Position numbers and translations under genes: made by a program. A stretch of DNA of 64,000 nucleotides. Source: Octopus vulgaris (lineage: Eukaryota). Below the pieces are notes generated by a model. It saw only the letters and a list, made by a program, of their open reading frames with translations. It had not been told where the DNA came from and made no database searches. Position 1 is the first letter of the stretch; each line of letters starts with the position of its first letter. The stretch is from the NCBI GenBank assembly GCA_951406725.2, contig OX597815.1:128278001-128342000 (forward strand), read 5' to 3'. Positions 38,583 through 51,129 of this stretch are shown in pieces.

Positions 38583-38810
38583 ACGTAAAAAGCACCATCC
38601 GTCCGTGGCTGTTTGCCAGCCCCGTCTGGCACCTGTGCGGGTGGCATGTAAAAAGCACCCACTACACTCACGGAGTGGTTGGCGTTAGGAAGGGCATCCA
38701 GCTGTAGAAACACTGCCAGATCAGACTGGGCCTGGTGCAGCCTTCTGGCTTCCCAGACCCCAGTTGAACCGTCCAACCCATGGAAAGCGGACGCTAAATG
38801 ATGATGATGA
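38583..38810 (+). mobile_element. RTE 3'-end-derived repeat
   Basis: Near-identical to 190-428. Confidence 0.85.
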
Positions 38811-39008
38811 TATATATATGGGGGTGTGCGGGCGCACATGTGTAGGTATGAACAGACACACTTACGTGAATACTATGAACTTTTTACCCCCTTACTTTAT
38901 TCCCTTGCTTAGTGGTCATTCGAATAGCTTTTTTGTCTTAATAACAGCCAATCACACAGTAATTTCCCTTTGTATAATGGTCATTTTTCATAGCATTTTT
39001 CCGATGGC

Positions 39009-39072
39009 TGGTTAATTGAAGAGATGGCGGCGTGGATTTCCACCTCAGCATCTGAAACTCGGAGTTTTATCA
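39009..39072 (+). ncRNA. Degenerate hammerhead-like motif
   Basis: ggttaa-TTGAAGA-gatg...catc-t-GAAA-ctc-g-gag-TT-ttatca. The C3>U change is uncompensated. Confidence 0.5.
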
Positions 39073-39199
39073 TGGCTAGTGAATAATTGTCACATTACAT
39101 TAACAGATAAATTCCTCTATTTACATAATATCGAAGTCTCTTTCTTTCTTTTGTTGTCTTACCATTTTTATCAATACATACATATATATATGGATGGAA

Positions 39200-39575
39200 G
39201 CACTCCGTCGGTTACGACGACGTGGATTCCGGTTGATCCGATCAACGGAACAGCCTGCTTGTGAAATTAACGTGTAAGTGGCTGAGCACTCCACAGACAC
39301 GTGTACCCTTAACGTAGTTCTCGGAGATATTCAGCGTGACACAGAGAGTGACAAGGCCGGCCCTTTGAAATACAGGTACAACAGAAACAGAAAGTAAGAG
39401 TGAGAGAAAGTTGTGGTGAAAGAGTACAGCAGGGATCACCCACCATCCCCTGCCGGAGCCTCGTGGAGCTTTAGGTGTTTTCACTCAATAAACACTCACA
39501 ACACCCGGTCTGGGAATCAAAACCGCGATCCTGTGACCGCAAGTCTGCTGCCCTAACCATTGGGCCATTGCGCCT

Positions 39576-39578
<3 letters not shown>
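39200..39578 (-). mobile_element. Well-preserved tRNA-derived SINE (family C variant)
   Basis: Minus-strand head ggaggcgcaatggcccaatggttagggcagc...ggttttgattccc (A/B boxes). The 3' body is shared with 14753-14930. Confidence 0.85.
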
Positions 39579-39626
<48 letters not shown>

Positions 39627-40709
39627 CATACGTATATACATATATTCATATCATCAGTGGATCAGTGCTATGTTTATATATGTGTGTGTGTATATGTATT
39701 TGGTAAATAAAAAGACTTGCAGTTTTTGAGTACTGAATTAAACTGGCCTATTCATTATAAGCAAGATCTGTACTCATTTGGTATCCAGACTGTTGACTCT
39801 TAAAATGAAACAATTCAATATTCAATGTTTGTAGAAAGACCTTGAACTAAGGAATATGGCCTGGAGAAAAATTTGAGTATCTTTATATTTTTGGGATTGA
39901 AATTATGTGGAGGAGGAGGAAAGAGAAGAGGGGGAGGGTTAAATTGCATAATTTTAGTTAATTTTTAGAGTACAAAATGGAAATATGGAAGCATTGCAGA
40001 TGAAAGCATTTTATGCTGGTTTGCTTTAATACGGTTTGCTTTTCTGTTTTGAAATCAATGAAGAAGTTATGTAGGTTGATATTAACCACTAACCTTCTCC
40101 TATAAATGTATATGGCCTTGTGCTTGTGTTAACAAACCATTATATTTATAACATTTCTATGTCAATTACTATGAATATATACTTCTCAATGTTGTTACCA
40201 TGGGAATTTCAAGGATTATGTTTTTTAGTCACACCAGAAATTAGCAGATTTATGTAAATTTAATTCAGGAGTAACATCATAGACATGGAACCTGCTTGAG
40301 CCAACTCTAAAGGAGAACAGCAGCAATAAGTAACTACAGTAATAGTGACGGCAGCAATTTTATCAGCTGAAGGATTATGTGTCGCAAAAAATCTCTGAAG
40401 ATTCACTGATTGGCGGTACTCCAGCATGGCCACAGTCAAATGACTGAAACAAGTAAAAGAATAAAAGAGTAAAGAGATTGAATTAATAACTAACTTCAAA
40501 CAAACATAAATAAAAAAAAAATCTATCAAATGTATAGAATATGTTTTCTCCTTTTATTTATCATCATCATTATCATAATTATCATCATTTAACATTTGTT
40601 TTATATGCTGGCATGGGTTAGATGGTTTCACTGGAACTAGTAAGCTGGAGAGTTACACCAAGCTCCTGTCTGTTTTGGCTTGGTTTCTATGGCTGGATGC
40701 TCTTCCTAC

Positions 40710-40776
<67 letters not shown>

Positions 40777-40784
40777 TATAAATA

Positions 40785-41192
40785 CAAGGTATGGTGAATA
40801 AACTATTGTCTAAAATACGCAAAAATGAAAATAACACTGACATCTCATTTTAACAGATTTATTTACCAAAATTACATAAAAATATTTTGAAACACTAAAG
40901 AGTAAATTTATTCAATAAAATCACCATTGGTTCCAACCATGGCCTCCAGATGACCTTGGAATTTCTTGCAACTCTTCTGGATGGTCTCCTTGTTTAAGTT
41001 TGTGAATGCCAGGCAGTACAGCATGTCATTTCCAAATTTCTGGCAGAGTGAATTGCGTCATAGTGCTGTTTTTCTCACAGATGGTGTCCAACTGACCCTA
41101 CTATACTGTGTAGTCGACAAAATCAAAAACAAACAAAGCACATGTGCAAAATTAAAAATATAAAATGGTGACAATTTACCCATTGCATCCTG
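40785..41192 (-). mobile_element. Internally deleted maT/Tc1-mariner element
   Basis: TA-flanked TIRs; both ends homologous to 51799-52628. Confidence 0.85.
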
Positions 41193-41194
41193 TA

Positions 41195-41900
41195 TATCAT
41201 CATCATTATCATCATTATCATCGTCATTTAATGTCTGCTTTCCATGCTAGCATGGGTTGGATGGTTTGACTGAGAGCTGGCAAGCCAGAAAGCTGCACCA
41301 GGTTCCAATCTGATCTGGCAAAATTGCTACAGCTGGATACTCTTCCTAATGCCAATCACTCCAAGAATGTAGTGGATGCATTTTATGCGCCACTGGCACA
41401 AGGGCCAGTCACTGCTGTACTGGCATCGACCACGCTTGATTGGTGCTTTTTACATACCGTCGGCGCGAGAGCTGATCAGGCAGCACTGGCTATGACCACA
41501 CTCGAACGGTGCTTTTTACGTGCCAAGGGCACGGGACCAGTCAGGTGGCACTGGCATCAACTACACTTGAATGGTGCTTTCTACATGCCACCAACATGGG
41601 TGCCAATGAGGTGGTACTATCATCAGCCATGACAATGACTTCTCTTGACACAACAGGTCTGCGCAAGCGCAATTTATTTCCCAATGATTGTAGGGTACTC
41701 TTTGATGGGCCAGTTATGCTACACTGGCATAGGTCACAATTAGGTCTCACTTGGCTTGTCAGGTCTTCTCAAGCACAGCATATCTCCAACAGTCTCGGTC
41801 ACTTGTCATCACCACTGTGAGGCCCAATGTTCAAGGGTTGTGCTTCACCACCTCATCCCAGGTCTTCTTGCGTTTACCTCTTCTACAGATTCTCTCTACT
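41195..41900 (-). mobile_element. RTE 3' end including the last codons of ORF2
   Basis: Minus strand encodes RGKRKKTWDEVVKHNP, followed by the UTR units and tail. Confidence 0.82.
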
Positions 41901-42268
41901 GTTAAGGTCGAAATATTCCCAGACTGATCAGGCAGTTTTGGCTTTTGCCATAGCCTTTCCATTGTGATTGGCCTGACTCAGCTGATTCCGGGTGTTGATC
42001 ACTCTCAGCATATATGTCTACACCATAGAAATCTATGGATGATTTAGCGAATTGCTAATGTGTATACAAATAATTTGTTTAGGCAGCAGTAAGAAAATGT
42101 ATACCAACAAGGAGAATTATAACTGTCATTAAATATGAGTCAAGATGTTGTAAACACCTAATTTATATATATTATATATTTGTATTGTGAAATTTGATTT
42201 AATACTAAATTGAATTTTTCCCTGTAAGTTTGGAGTTATACTTCCTAATATTATTATTATTATTATTA

Positions 42269-42360
<92 letters not shown>

Positions 42361-42609
42361 GTCATATACTGTCACATTGAGTTGACAGTATACGACCACT
42401 ATATCGCTTCACCACCGCTTATTTCTCTCTGAGACATTTAGAAATTCAATATTTCTAATATATATATATTGCCTAAGCTACCATGAAATGGAACTGAAGG
42501 CAAAACCACATGGTTGAAAGCAAAATGACCTTCATAAACTTACTGCCATGGTGAATACATACACACACATACATATGTATGTGTGTGTTTTTTTTTTTTT
42601 TTTTTTATG

Positions 42610-42654
<45 letters not shown>

Positions 42655-42657
<3 letters not shown>

Positions 42658-43119
42658 AAAATAGTAAAGTGTGACAGAATAAATGTTAAAAAATATATAT
42701 ATTTGTGTCAAAATGTCTGGAGAATATTGGAAAAATTTTTTCCTTTCCTTAAAATGACATAATTTTAAAATTTTAAAGAAATTACCGGTTTCGCGTGTAG
42801 CTTTTCAAATTTCTTGTGACAAGAAGAAGAAATTTCTTGTGTCTTTGATGGGCCAGTTATGCTACACTGCATAGGCCACAATTAGGTCTCACTTGGCTTG
42901 TCAGGTCTTCTCAAGCACAGCATATCTCCAACAGTCTTGGTCACTTGTCATCACCACTGGTCACAGAAATTTGAAAAGCTACACGACCGGTAATTTCTTT
43001 AAAAATTTTAAAATTATGTCATTTTAAGGAAAGGAAAAAATTTTCAATATTCTCAGACATTTATGTCGTTTTTATACTATTTTTATATATTCACCCACGT
43101 GCTTTACCAAACAAACTTT

Positions 43120-43120
<1 letters not shown>
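42655..43120. mobile_element. Fold-back PLE-like relic (arms about 42710-42820 / 42960-43062) with a captured spacer
   Basis: Inverted arms carry a hammerhead; the spacer duplicates 41699-41817; (TA)n on both sides. Confidence 0.75.
42776..42815 (-). ncRNA. Minimal type-I hammerhead with a U3:A8 compensatory core (UUGAAAA)
   Basis: Minus strand: aagaaat-TTGAAAA-gc(tacac)gc-GAAA-c-cg-GTA-atttctt. 7-bp stem I and palindromic ACCGGT. Confidence 0.72.
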
Positions 43121-43169
<49 letters not shown>

Positions 43170-45909
43170 TGTATGTATGTGTATGTACATACATACACAG
43201 ACACACACGTGCATATGTGAGAATGTGTCTGCATGTATGTTAGTGTGTATTTTAAACAGGTGTGTTTATATTGGCTATATTATACAGGTGCTCAAAATTT
43301 TGCTAAGTTTATTATTCACAATGTACATCATTCAAATGTTTGCTGTGCATGTGTGATTACATGCGTGCACAGTGATACTTACATGCATAGTTTCATGTAT
43401 ACACATATACAAATACACACACATATGCATGCATGATATACACATTCTGAACTAGTGGTTTTATCTAGAATATTCTATGACTATAATAATGACGATATAT
43501 ATTTTTTGTTTCTTGTGACAGCTTGTTTTGAAAAACAAATTAGTCATTTACTAATTTAACAAGGTTGTGCATGTTACTGTGTTTCAGGCCTATGAGATAG
43601 AATGGGAAGTAAACTCTCCTCATGCTGAGATTGCTACCAGGTTTCAAACTCAAGTCTAACCCCCAGTTCAGTTCACTCAAAATTTTTAATTCCTTTGAGA
43701 AAAATATGAATGCTATTATTACATCATCTAGTTCCTTCTTTATTGAATTGTAGATGAATGGGTGTGTAAGACATGACTGTCATCTCTCATGCAAATTAAA
43801 GGAAATGACGAATAAAAAGCATTCAATATAATATACTCTGATATGAGAAGATCCTATTTCTTTATAGCAAAGTAGAGAGACCCGCTTTGTTGAATTCCAA
43901 CTAATCTATACAGTGTCCTTCCTATATGTACACAATATGGCCTCACTCTCTCAATCATTGAGCAATAAAGTAAATAAATTCACCCAGACAGGATTTGATA
44001 ACTGTGTTGATAGGCTGGCAGACCACCACCTTATATATTGACAATTCATTTCTTTGTCAGCTTTACTACAGTCTTTGTGTGGCCATAACCCTAATAATAA
44101 ATTAAAGTTAAGAGTTAGAACAACTTATTGCTGTAAATAGATGTAATATTGTAAAACTTTTGAGTGTTTTGTTGTCATCTAATGCTGATTTTAATTTAGA
44201 TTTAAATTTATATTTTGCTTAGAAAGAGGGACAACCTCTGTCAAGCTGATTGTCTCCAGATGCACAACAGAAAAGAAGAAAAGAGAAGTTTCTCATTTAT
44301 GCTTCTTGGACTCCATATGCTAGAGTATTCACAATCATGACAGACAATAAAATGGCAGATTAAATGTTTTGCAGAGTTTTCATTTGTCTGTCCTTATTTC
44401 TTTATTCAGTTCCAGCTGATACTGATATTGTTTTTCATCTCGCAGTACCCAATACTATAATGTTTTAACAGTCAATTTATGATAAGTCTGTATAAACAGA
44501 AATTGTCCATTTAAAAGGGGCAATACAGAAACCATTGCTAGAGTTAACCTGGAAACGTTGATAAAGATGAATTTAGAAACACTATTGTTCCAAACGAACT
44601 ATAAAAGTATATGCAAATACAGAGAACTTTAAGAAAAAAAGGTGAAAAACAAGAACATAATCATTTTTTCCTGATAACCTACTCGAATATTTTTTCGTGT
44701 GCCACTGGCAGAAGTGCCAGTAAAGTGTTGCTGGTAACAATCACACTTGAATGGTGCTTTTTACGTGCCACTGGCACGGAAGCCAGTCAGCTGCTCTGAA
44801 AAGCAAATGAGGTGGTATTTTACAAAAATGGAGACTGACTGGGATCTTGCTCATCAAGTTTCCCAGGAGGATCCAGGAATAGACCAACAAATGATGAATG
44901 CAGCAACATTCTACAACAGCACATGCTTCCACATCTGACCTCATAGTTCCACTGGATCAGGAGTAACTTGGGCTAAACAGCAGCAACAACAACAACAACG
45001 ACAGCAACAACAAACAGCTGTAATATGCAAATAAAAATTTTTCAGTAACCTTTTCGTTTATCATACTAGGGCATAAAATGAATATAAAATTGTAAAAACT
45101 AAAACAAAACATGATTTTTCTTACCTGTCTTTCTTTAATTTTTTTCTTCTTTGTGTGAATTGAGAATTTCAGAACATACTGGAAATCATGTAAAATAACA
45201 TTGAAACATCATTTAAATGAACTTAAATTCACAAATAAATACATTATATGTATGTTGCTTATTCCATTAGAAATCAACAAAAGTTCTTCAAAAGATCACT
45301 TTATGAATAGGGCATCCATCATCACATTTCCCACCATTAAGCAACAAAAGAAATTTTTATATTTTGATTGGAAAATGGTAGCAGCTGTTCATTATTATTA
45401 TTTTTTTCCATTAAACCACAAATATACTCACAACTTCCTCCCCTACCACGAACACACACAAACACAGAGCTGTATGTATACATGTGTATGCACATACATG
45501 CACGTCTTAAGTGGGTTATTTTTTTCCCCCTTTCTTGCCCTTTCTCTTTGGTTTTTGTCTGTCAACAATTTGTTTTAATGCTCACTATGCTACAGGCTCA
45601 TGTTTTACATGACTCTGGAGTGATGAAAAATAAAGTCAACAAAACTAGAAACTGTAATGTATTTTGTCTCCCATTCTTCAGGCTTTTTTTAGTTACCTCC
45701 ATTATCATTTAGCTGGCTTTTCTCATGCTTTTAAGTTAAATTAAGTCATCCCCATAGCATTTCTGCCATTGTAGCAGTATGTTTGTGTGGTTGGGAAGTT
45801 CACTTCATAACCATATGGTTTTGGGTTCAGTTCCATTGCTGGGCATCTTGAACAAGTGTCTCCTACTGTCCTCAAGCCAATCATAGTCATACAAATGGAT
45901 TTTGGTAGG

Positions 45910-46265
45910 CATATATATATGTATATATATGTGTGTGTTTGTGTGTATGTATGAATGTGTGTGTGTGTTTATGTATGTATGTATGTATTATGTATGTGTG
46001 TGTTTGTGTATGTATGTGTGTGTATGTATGTGTGTGTGTGTATTGTATGTATGTATGTATGTATGTATGTATGTATGTATGTATGTATGTATGTATGTAT
46101 GTATGTGTGCATATATATGTGTGTGTGTGTGTCTAGTTCAGTTTCTGACCTAGATCCAAGGCTCCTTCATTGGAATTTCAACATCAACAACAGGGGATTT
46201 TTGTTTGTTTGTATGTATGTATGTATGTATGTATGTATGTATGTATGTATGTATGTATGTATGTG
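45910..46265. repeat. (TG)n/(TATG)n microsatellite interrupted by an R4-like 3'-UTR fragment (46130-46210)
   Basis: Seen directly in the sequence. Confidence 0.9.
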
Positions 46266-46269
46266 TGTG

Positions 46270-47520
46270 AGAGAGAGTTTTATTTAAGTTCTTCTTAAAA
46301 GAGTGTTCAAGTCAGTCACTAACAAAGCTACAAGACCTTTTGAGTTAAGAGAGTTCCTGGTGCTTGTAACTCTTAGTTGAGTTGGTGCATTGATTGTGTG
46401 CATCTATTCCCCTAAAGGATCTCAGATGGAGAATCTGTGGAATGTCTTACAAATCTTCAGTGTGCAAATAATAGATTGGGTTTGGAGAATCTGCATCAAT
46501 TTCTTTTGTGCTTTCTTTAAAAAATCCAGTATTTCTAGGTTTTTGTGTAAATTTGTTGGTACATAGCCTAATGCACTTAAAATGATAAGTACATACGGGA
46601 ATTCATAGTCAGGGTATAAGAATTGTAAATTCCACATTAGCTGACCATAAATCTTCTCTTTCTCCTGGATTTTTAATTGTAGATTCACATCCCCTGGGCA
46701 GCTGACCTCTACCACAGTGCATGACTTTTGTTCCCTGTTCCACTGAACAATATCAGGTCTGTTATGCTTGCACTGGATTGCTGTTTTTATTGCAGTTTTC
46801 CACCAGTATTACTTGTTTTTAAAGGTGTGATTACCTGCTGGTTCTGATATGCCTTTGATATAAATATCAGGTGAACCTTTCTGCAGATTGCATTGTAAAT
46901 AGCCTTTGCAATGATATCATGCCTCAGAGGCAGGTAATATATCAGACATTGTGAAGCAGCTGCTGATGTTATGGGTAATATCTTCCACACTGGTATAGCA
47001 AAGCTGACATTTTTTTTATCACAATGTGGAAGTTTGGTAGTATCTTTGTCCTTCTTGTTTATCAGGTATTTAATATCTATCTCCTGATCCTGGACAGAGA
47101 AGAGATATCCTTCTAGTTGGGATATAATGTATCTATCACAGAACCAGGAGAGGCCACTCTTCCTGTCAATGCTATTGTTGCCCTCTAATTTATAGGACAT
47201 GAACCCATGCATTGCTTTTTGTCAGTATGATGCCTGCTCTCAAAGATTCTGTTTGGGTTGCATGAGACAGTTGTATTGTCAGAGCCTGCACAGTAGTTCC
47301 AACAAACATACAAGGATGTGTTAAATACATCTTTGGGATGTAATTAACACAAACAAATTCATATTTGGAACTAGTGAAAAGTCTTGCATATTTTTACTAT
47401 TCCACTTACAGATTGCACTTGTAATGTACGAATTAACCAGTCGATTTCTCTCTGAAAATCCTAGTTTATCCAGATTCTCCTTTATGGATTTACTAACAAA
47501 ACCTAGTACTCCAATTATTA
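46270..47520 (-). mobile_element. Decayed R4/NeSL-like RLE retrotransposon 3' part
   Basis: EGYLFSVQDQEI, YYLPLRHD, KHNRPDIV..VEVSCP..EKEKIY and IILSALGYV. Confidence 0.85.
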
Positions 47521-47591
47521 TTGGTATGAATATGAATTCATAGTCTGGATAATGTATGTATGAATTTCAACAGCAAGAACAGGGTATTTTT

Positions 47592-47788
47592 GTATGTATG
47601 TATGCATGTATGTATGTATGTATGTATGTATGTATGTATGTATGTATGTATGTATGTATGTATGTATGTATGTGTGTGTGTATGTATGTATGTATGTGTG
47701 TGTGTATGTATGTATGTATGTATGTATGTATGTATGTATGTATGTATGTGTGTGTGTGTATGTATGTATGTATGTATGTATGTATGTA

Positions 47789-47819
<31 letters not shown>

Positions 47820-47858
47820 ATGTATGTATGCATGTATGTATGTATGTATGCATGCATG
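47592..47858. repeat. (TATG)n/(TG)n microsatellite
   Basis: Seen directly in the sequence. Confidence 0.97.
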
Positions 47859-47859
47859 T

Positions 47860-48630
47860 AAGTCATTATTCAATTTTATTTCAAGATTTCTTGCCAACAG
47901 AGAAAGAGCCAGTTTTGGTTTCCGTGCCAGTGGCATGTAAAAAACACCATCTCATTGTTGTCAATGCCAGCTCCTCTGGCTCCTGTGCCAGTGGCACGTA
48001 AAAAGCACCCAGTACACTCTCAGAGTGGTTGGCGTTAGGAAGGGCATCTAGCTGTAGAAACACTGCCAGATCAGATTGGGGCCTGGTACAGCCTCCTGGC
48101 TTCCCAGACCCCAGTCAAACCATCCAACCCATGCCAGCATGAAAAACGGACAGTAAACGATGATGATGATGATGATGATCCAAAGCTCCTTCATTGGAAT
48201 TTCAACATCAAGAACAGGGTATTTTTGTATGTATGTATGTATACATGCAGATTTGTATGTTTTGTTTTATGTATGTCTTCTCATGTATATACTTGCATAT
48301 CGAGATATGCTCATATATACTTAAATGATAAACTTCTGAAAAGTTTTACAGATTTTTACAGTTCCAGTGATGGCTTGAACCTGTAGTTTTTGAATCAGCT
48401 TTCTCCTTTCTGGTTTGGAGAAATTAGGTTTCTCAAAAATGGATATTTAGGTTACATATTCCAGTGCCCCAATGACTACAGGTATAAACCTAAACTTGTA
48501 ATCTGGATAGAGTAACTGTAAATTTCTCAATAGTTCAGCATAGGTGTTCTCATTTTCACTGAGCTTCAACTTTATTTTAACATCCACTGGGCAGCTGATT
48601 TCTACAACTGTACACAGTTTCTTTTCTTCT
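47860..48630 (-). mobile_element. R4-like RLE element 3' end with (TACA)n-associated UTR, split by an RTE-tail insertion (about 47920-48178, +)
   Basis: Minus strand encodes CTVVEISCPVDV..IPVVIGAL..KICKTFQKFII*. The UTR is uninterrupted in the copy at 49680-49800. Confidence 0.8.
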
Positions 48631-49561
48631 GTCTGTCTGTCTGCATATATGTATGCATGTATACATGAAAATATGTATTTATGTATGTGTGTATGTAAGT
48701 GTGCATGTGTGTGTGTCTCCTATCTACAAATCAACCAGATATTTCATGTCTTTAAGCTGTGAAAAAATATGCAATGCCTTACTTGAAAAACAGGTAAGGT
48801 TTTGTGTCAGAAAGGGCAGCCAGCTGTAACTCTATATCAAACGATATGTTTGTCTGGGTAAAGCATACATAGAAAAGGCAGATGTAGAATGAGCAAATAA
48901 ATAGACAAACATTTAGTTCCATATTTTATTGATTCTATCAAACTTACAACAATAATAGTAACTTCATCAATTACATTGATTTTGAACAGTAACGTAAGTT
49001 CATACTTTGACAGCTGAGCATAGTAAGTAAAATCAATTCTAGTATCTAACTGGTATTTATTTTATTGATCCCAATAGGACAAAGAGATAAAAGACAAAAT
49101 TGTCTTCAACAGGATTTGAAATCACAATTCAGAGTTATTCGAATAACATGAAAAAGAGTTTCTCATGATTATAGATATGATTTATTAGAGAGTGGAAGGA
49201 AATTACATGACTCTCTTTTTTTGCTTAGAAGATTGTCTATAAAAGGTGGGTTTTTTTTCTTTAATTGTCTATTGTACACCTGGGATATTTTCATAAAGTT
49301 CATGATGATGATGATGATCATATACACTTTCCCATCATTTTTCCATGCTGGCATGGTTGGACAGAGTTTATTGAAGCAGATTTTCTATGGCCAGATGCCT
49401 TTCTGCTGGCAATTTCCATCTGCTTTTGAGTAAAGTAATATCTCTCTATACCCAGACTTGTTTTTGCAGAATATTGGAAATAAGTGACACTGCTTGCAAG
49501 ACAGTGACACTCAGTTACAACAATTACAATGTTAAGACAAGGAAACACCAATATACACTCT

Positions 49562-49607
<46 letters not shown>

Positions 49608-49862
49608 TACATACATACATACATATGTACATACATACATACATACATACATACATACATACATACATACACACATACAAGCAAACAAACAAAAATCCCC
49701 TGCTGTTGACGTTGAAATTCCAATGAAGGAGCCTTGGATTTGGGTTAGAAACTGGTCCTTTCTCCATTGGGAAGAAATCTTGAAATAAACTGAATAATGA
49801 CATACATACATACAAACATATATATGTGTGTGTGTGTGTGTATACACACACACACACACATA

Positions 49863-50082
49863 TATGAAGAGGTGCTGAAAATTTGGTGGCTTTAAGGGTA
49901 TTGCAAAAGGCCTGGTTGGAAGTTCAATCTTCCAAGTTCTTTTACAGGGCTTAGAAAAACTGAAGGACTACTGTAATAAGTATGTGAATCTGAGAAGAGA
50001 ATATATTCAATAAAATTACAATTAACTGATCCTCTTGTATTTTCTTTTACTCAAAGCTAAAAACTTTCAGCATCTCCTTGTA
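49863..50082 (+). mobile_element. mariner-derived MITE retaining the transposase C-terminus
   Basis: TIRs gaggtgctgaaaatt / aactttcagcatctc, TA ends, and GLEKLKDYCNKYVNLRREYIQ*. Confidence 0.7.
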
Positions 50083-50195
50083 TACACACACACACACACA
50101 CATATATATACTGTGATTTAGCCCCAGGAAAACATCTTTTCCAGTTAGCTACCTGTAAGGGAGGTCATCACTCTCATCTCTAGCCTTATGTGATA

Positions 50196-50240
50196 CTCAC
50201 AGACCTAGGTTTCTGAGTAGTTATCTGTCCTCAGTGTGAG
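50196..50240 (-). ncRNA. Minimal type-I hammerhead (GUC site) with eroded stem II
   Basis: Minus strand: ctcaca-CTGAGGA-cagataactactca-GAAA-c-ctag-GTC-tgtgag. Confidence 0.7.
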
Positions 50241-50582
50241 GCAATCACTAGCTAATGATAGGACTGCCACATTATGTTGGCAAATAAACTTTACTATATA
50301 TATATTATATATATATATAATTGTATGAAGGACCTATAATCCTTTGAAGGATGCTAGCATCCTAGTTCTCTGGTTTATACCAGTGTTAAGTGAAAACCGC
50401 ATATATTAGTTTTGCATGGGTATATATAGGCATTTAAAACATTAATGAATGAGAAAAGGAAGAAAATGGAGAAATTGACATGCAGATATCAGTTTATTCA
50501 AAGATACTCAAATCTTCTATAGATTCAGGCTGACCAAAGCCTTGTGAGTGGATTTGGTAGACAGAAACTGAAAGAATCCCAT

Positions 50583-50615
<33 letters not shown>

Positions 50616-50773
50616 GTGTGTATATACATTTACGTGTGTATCTTTCTGTCTGTGGTTGCCCCCCCCACTAGAATAAGTACTTGGCTTACAAAGAATAAGT
50701 CCTGGGGTTGATTTGTTTGACTAAAGGTGGTGCTCCAGTATGGCCTTCTCCATTTTTAATATATATATATATA

Positions 50774-51040
50774 TATAATCAAAATAAGCAACAAGGATAT
50801 CCACAGGTAATGCAGTATGATCGTTTCATGCAACTCCATTTAATTGAACAATGCAAACATTACATCAATTTAAAATACAGAGCAATGAAGATTACATTAC
50901 ATCAATTTAAAATGCAGAGCAATCTTCATTGCTCTGCTTTTTGAATTGATGTAATGTTTGCATTGTTCAATTAAATGGGGTCGCATGAAACAATTGTGCT
51001 GCATTACCTCTGGATATCCTTGTTGCTTATTTTGATTATA
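50774..51040. repeat. Fold-back with ~120-bp arms (50774-50893 / 50921-51040)
   Basis: Direct complementarity; the 27-nt spacer duplicates part of the left arm. Confidence 0.85.
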
Positions 51041-51129
51041 ATTACCTCATTTTGAATTATATGGATAATACCATACTAAATTCTGGTGCTTTTAAGTACC
51101 ATATTCATCTGAATCTAAATTTTACTGAA

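Noticed and set aside
39500-39578. tRNA gene
   Set aside because: It is a SINE head: mutated B box, no acceptor stem or terminator, and it continues into the SINE body.
43440-45720. Unique-looking stretch with scattered splice-like signals (also 29760-30420 and 40250-40410)
   Set aside because: No ORF with recognisable protein character. It could hold lncRNA or UTR exons, but this cannot be supported from sequence alone.
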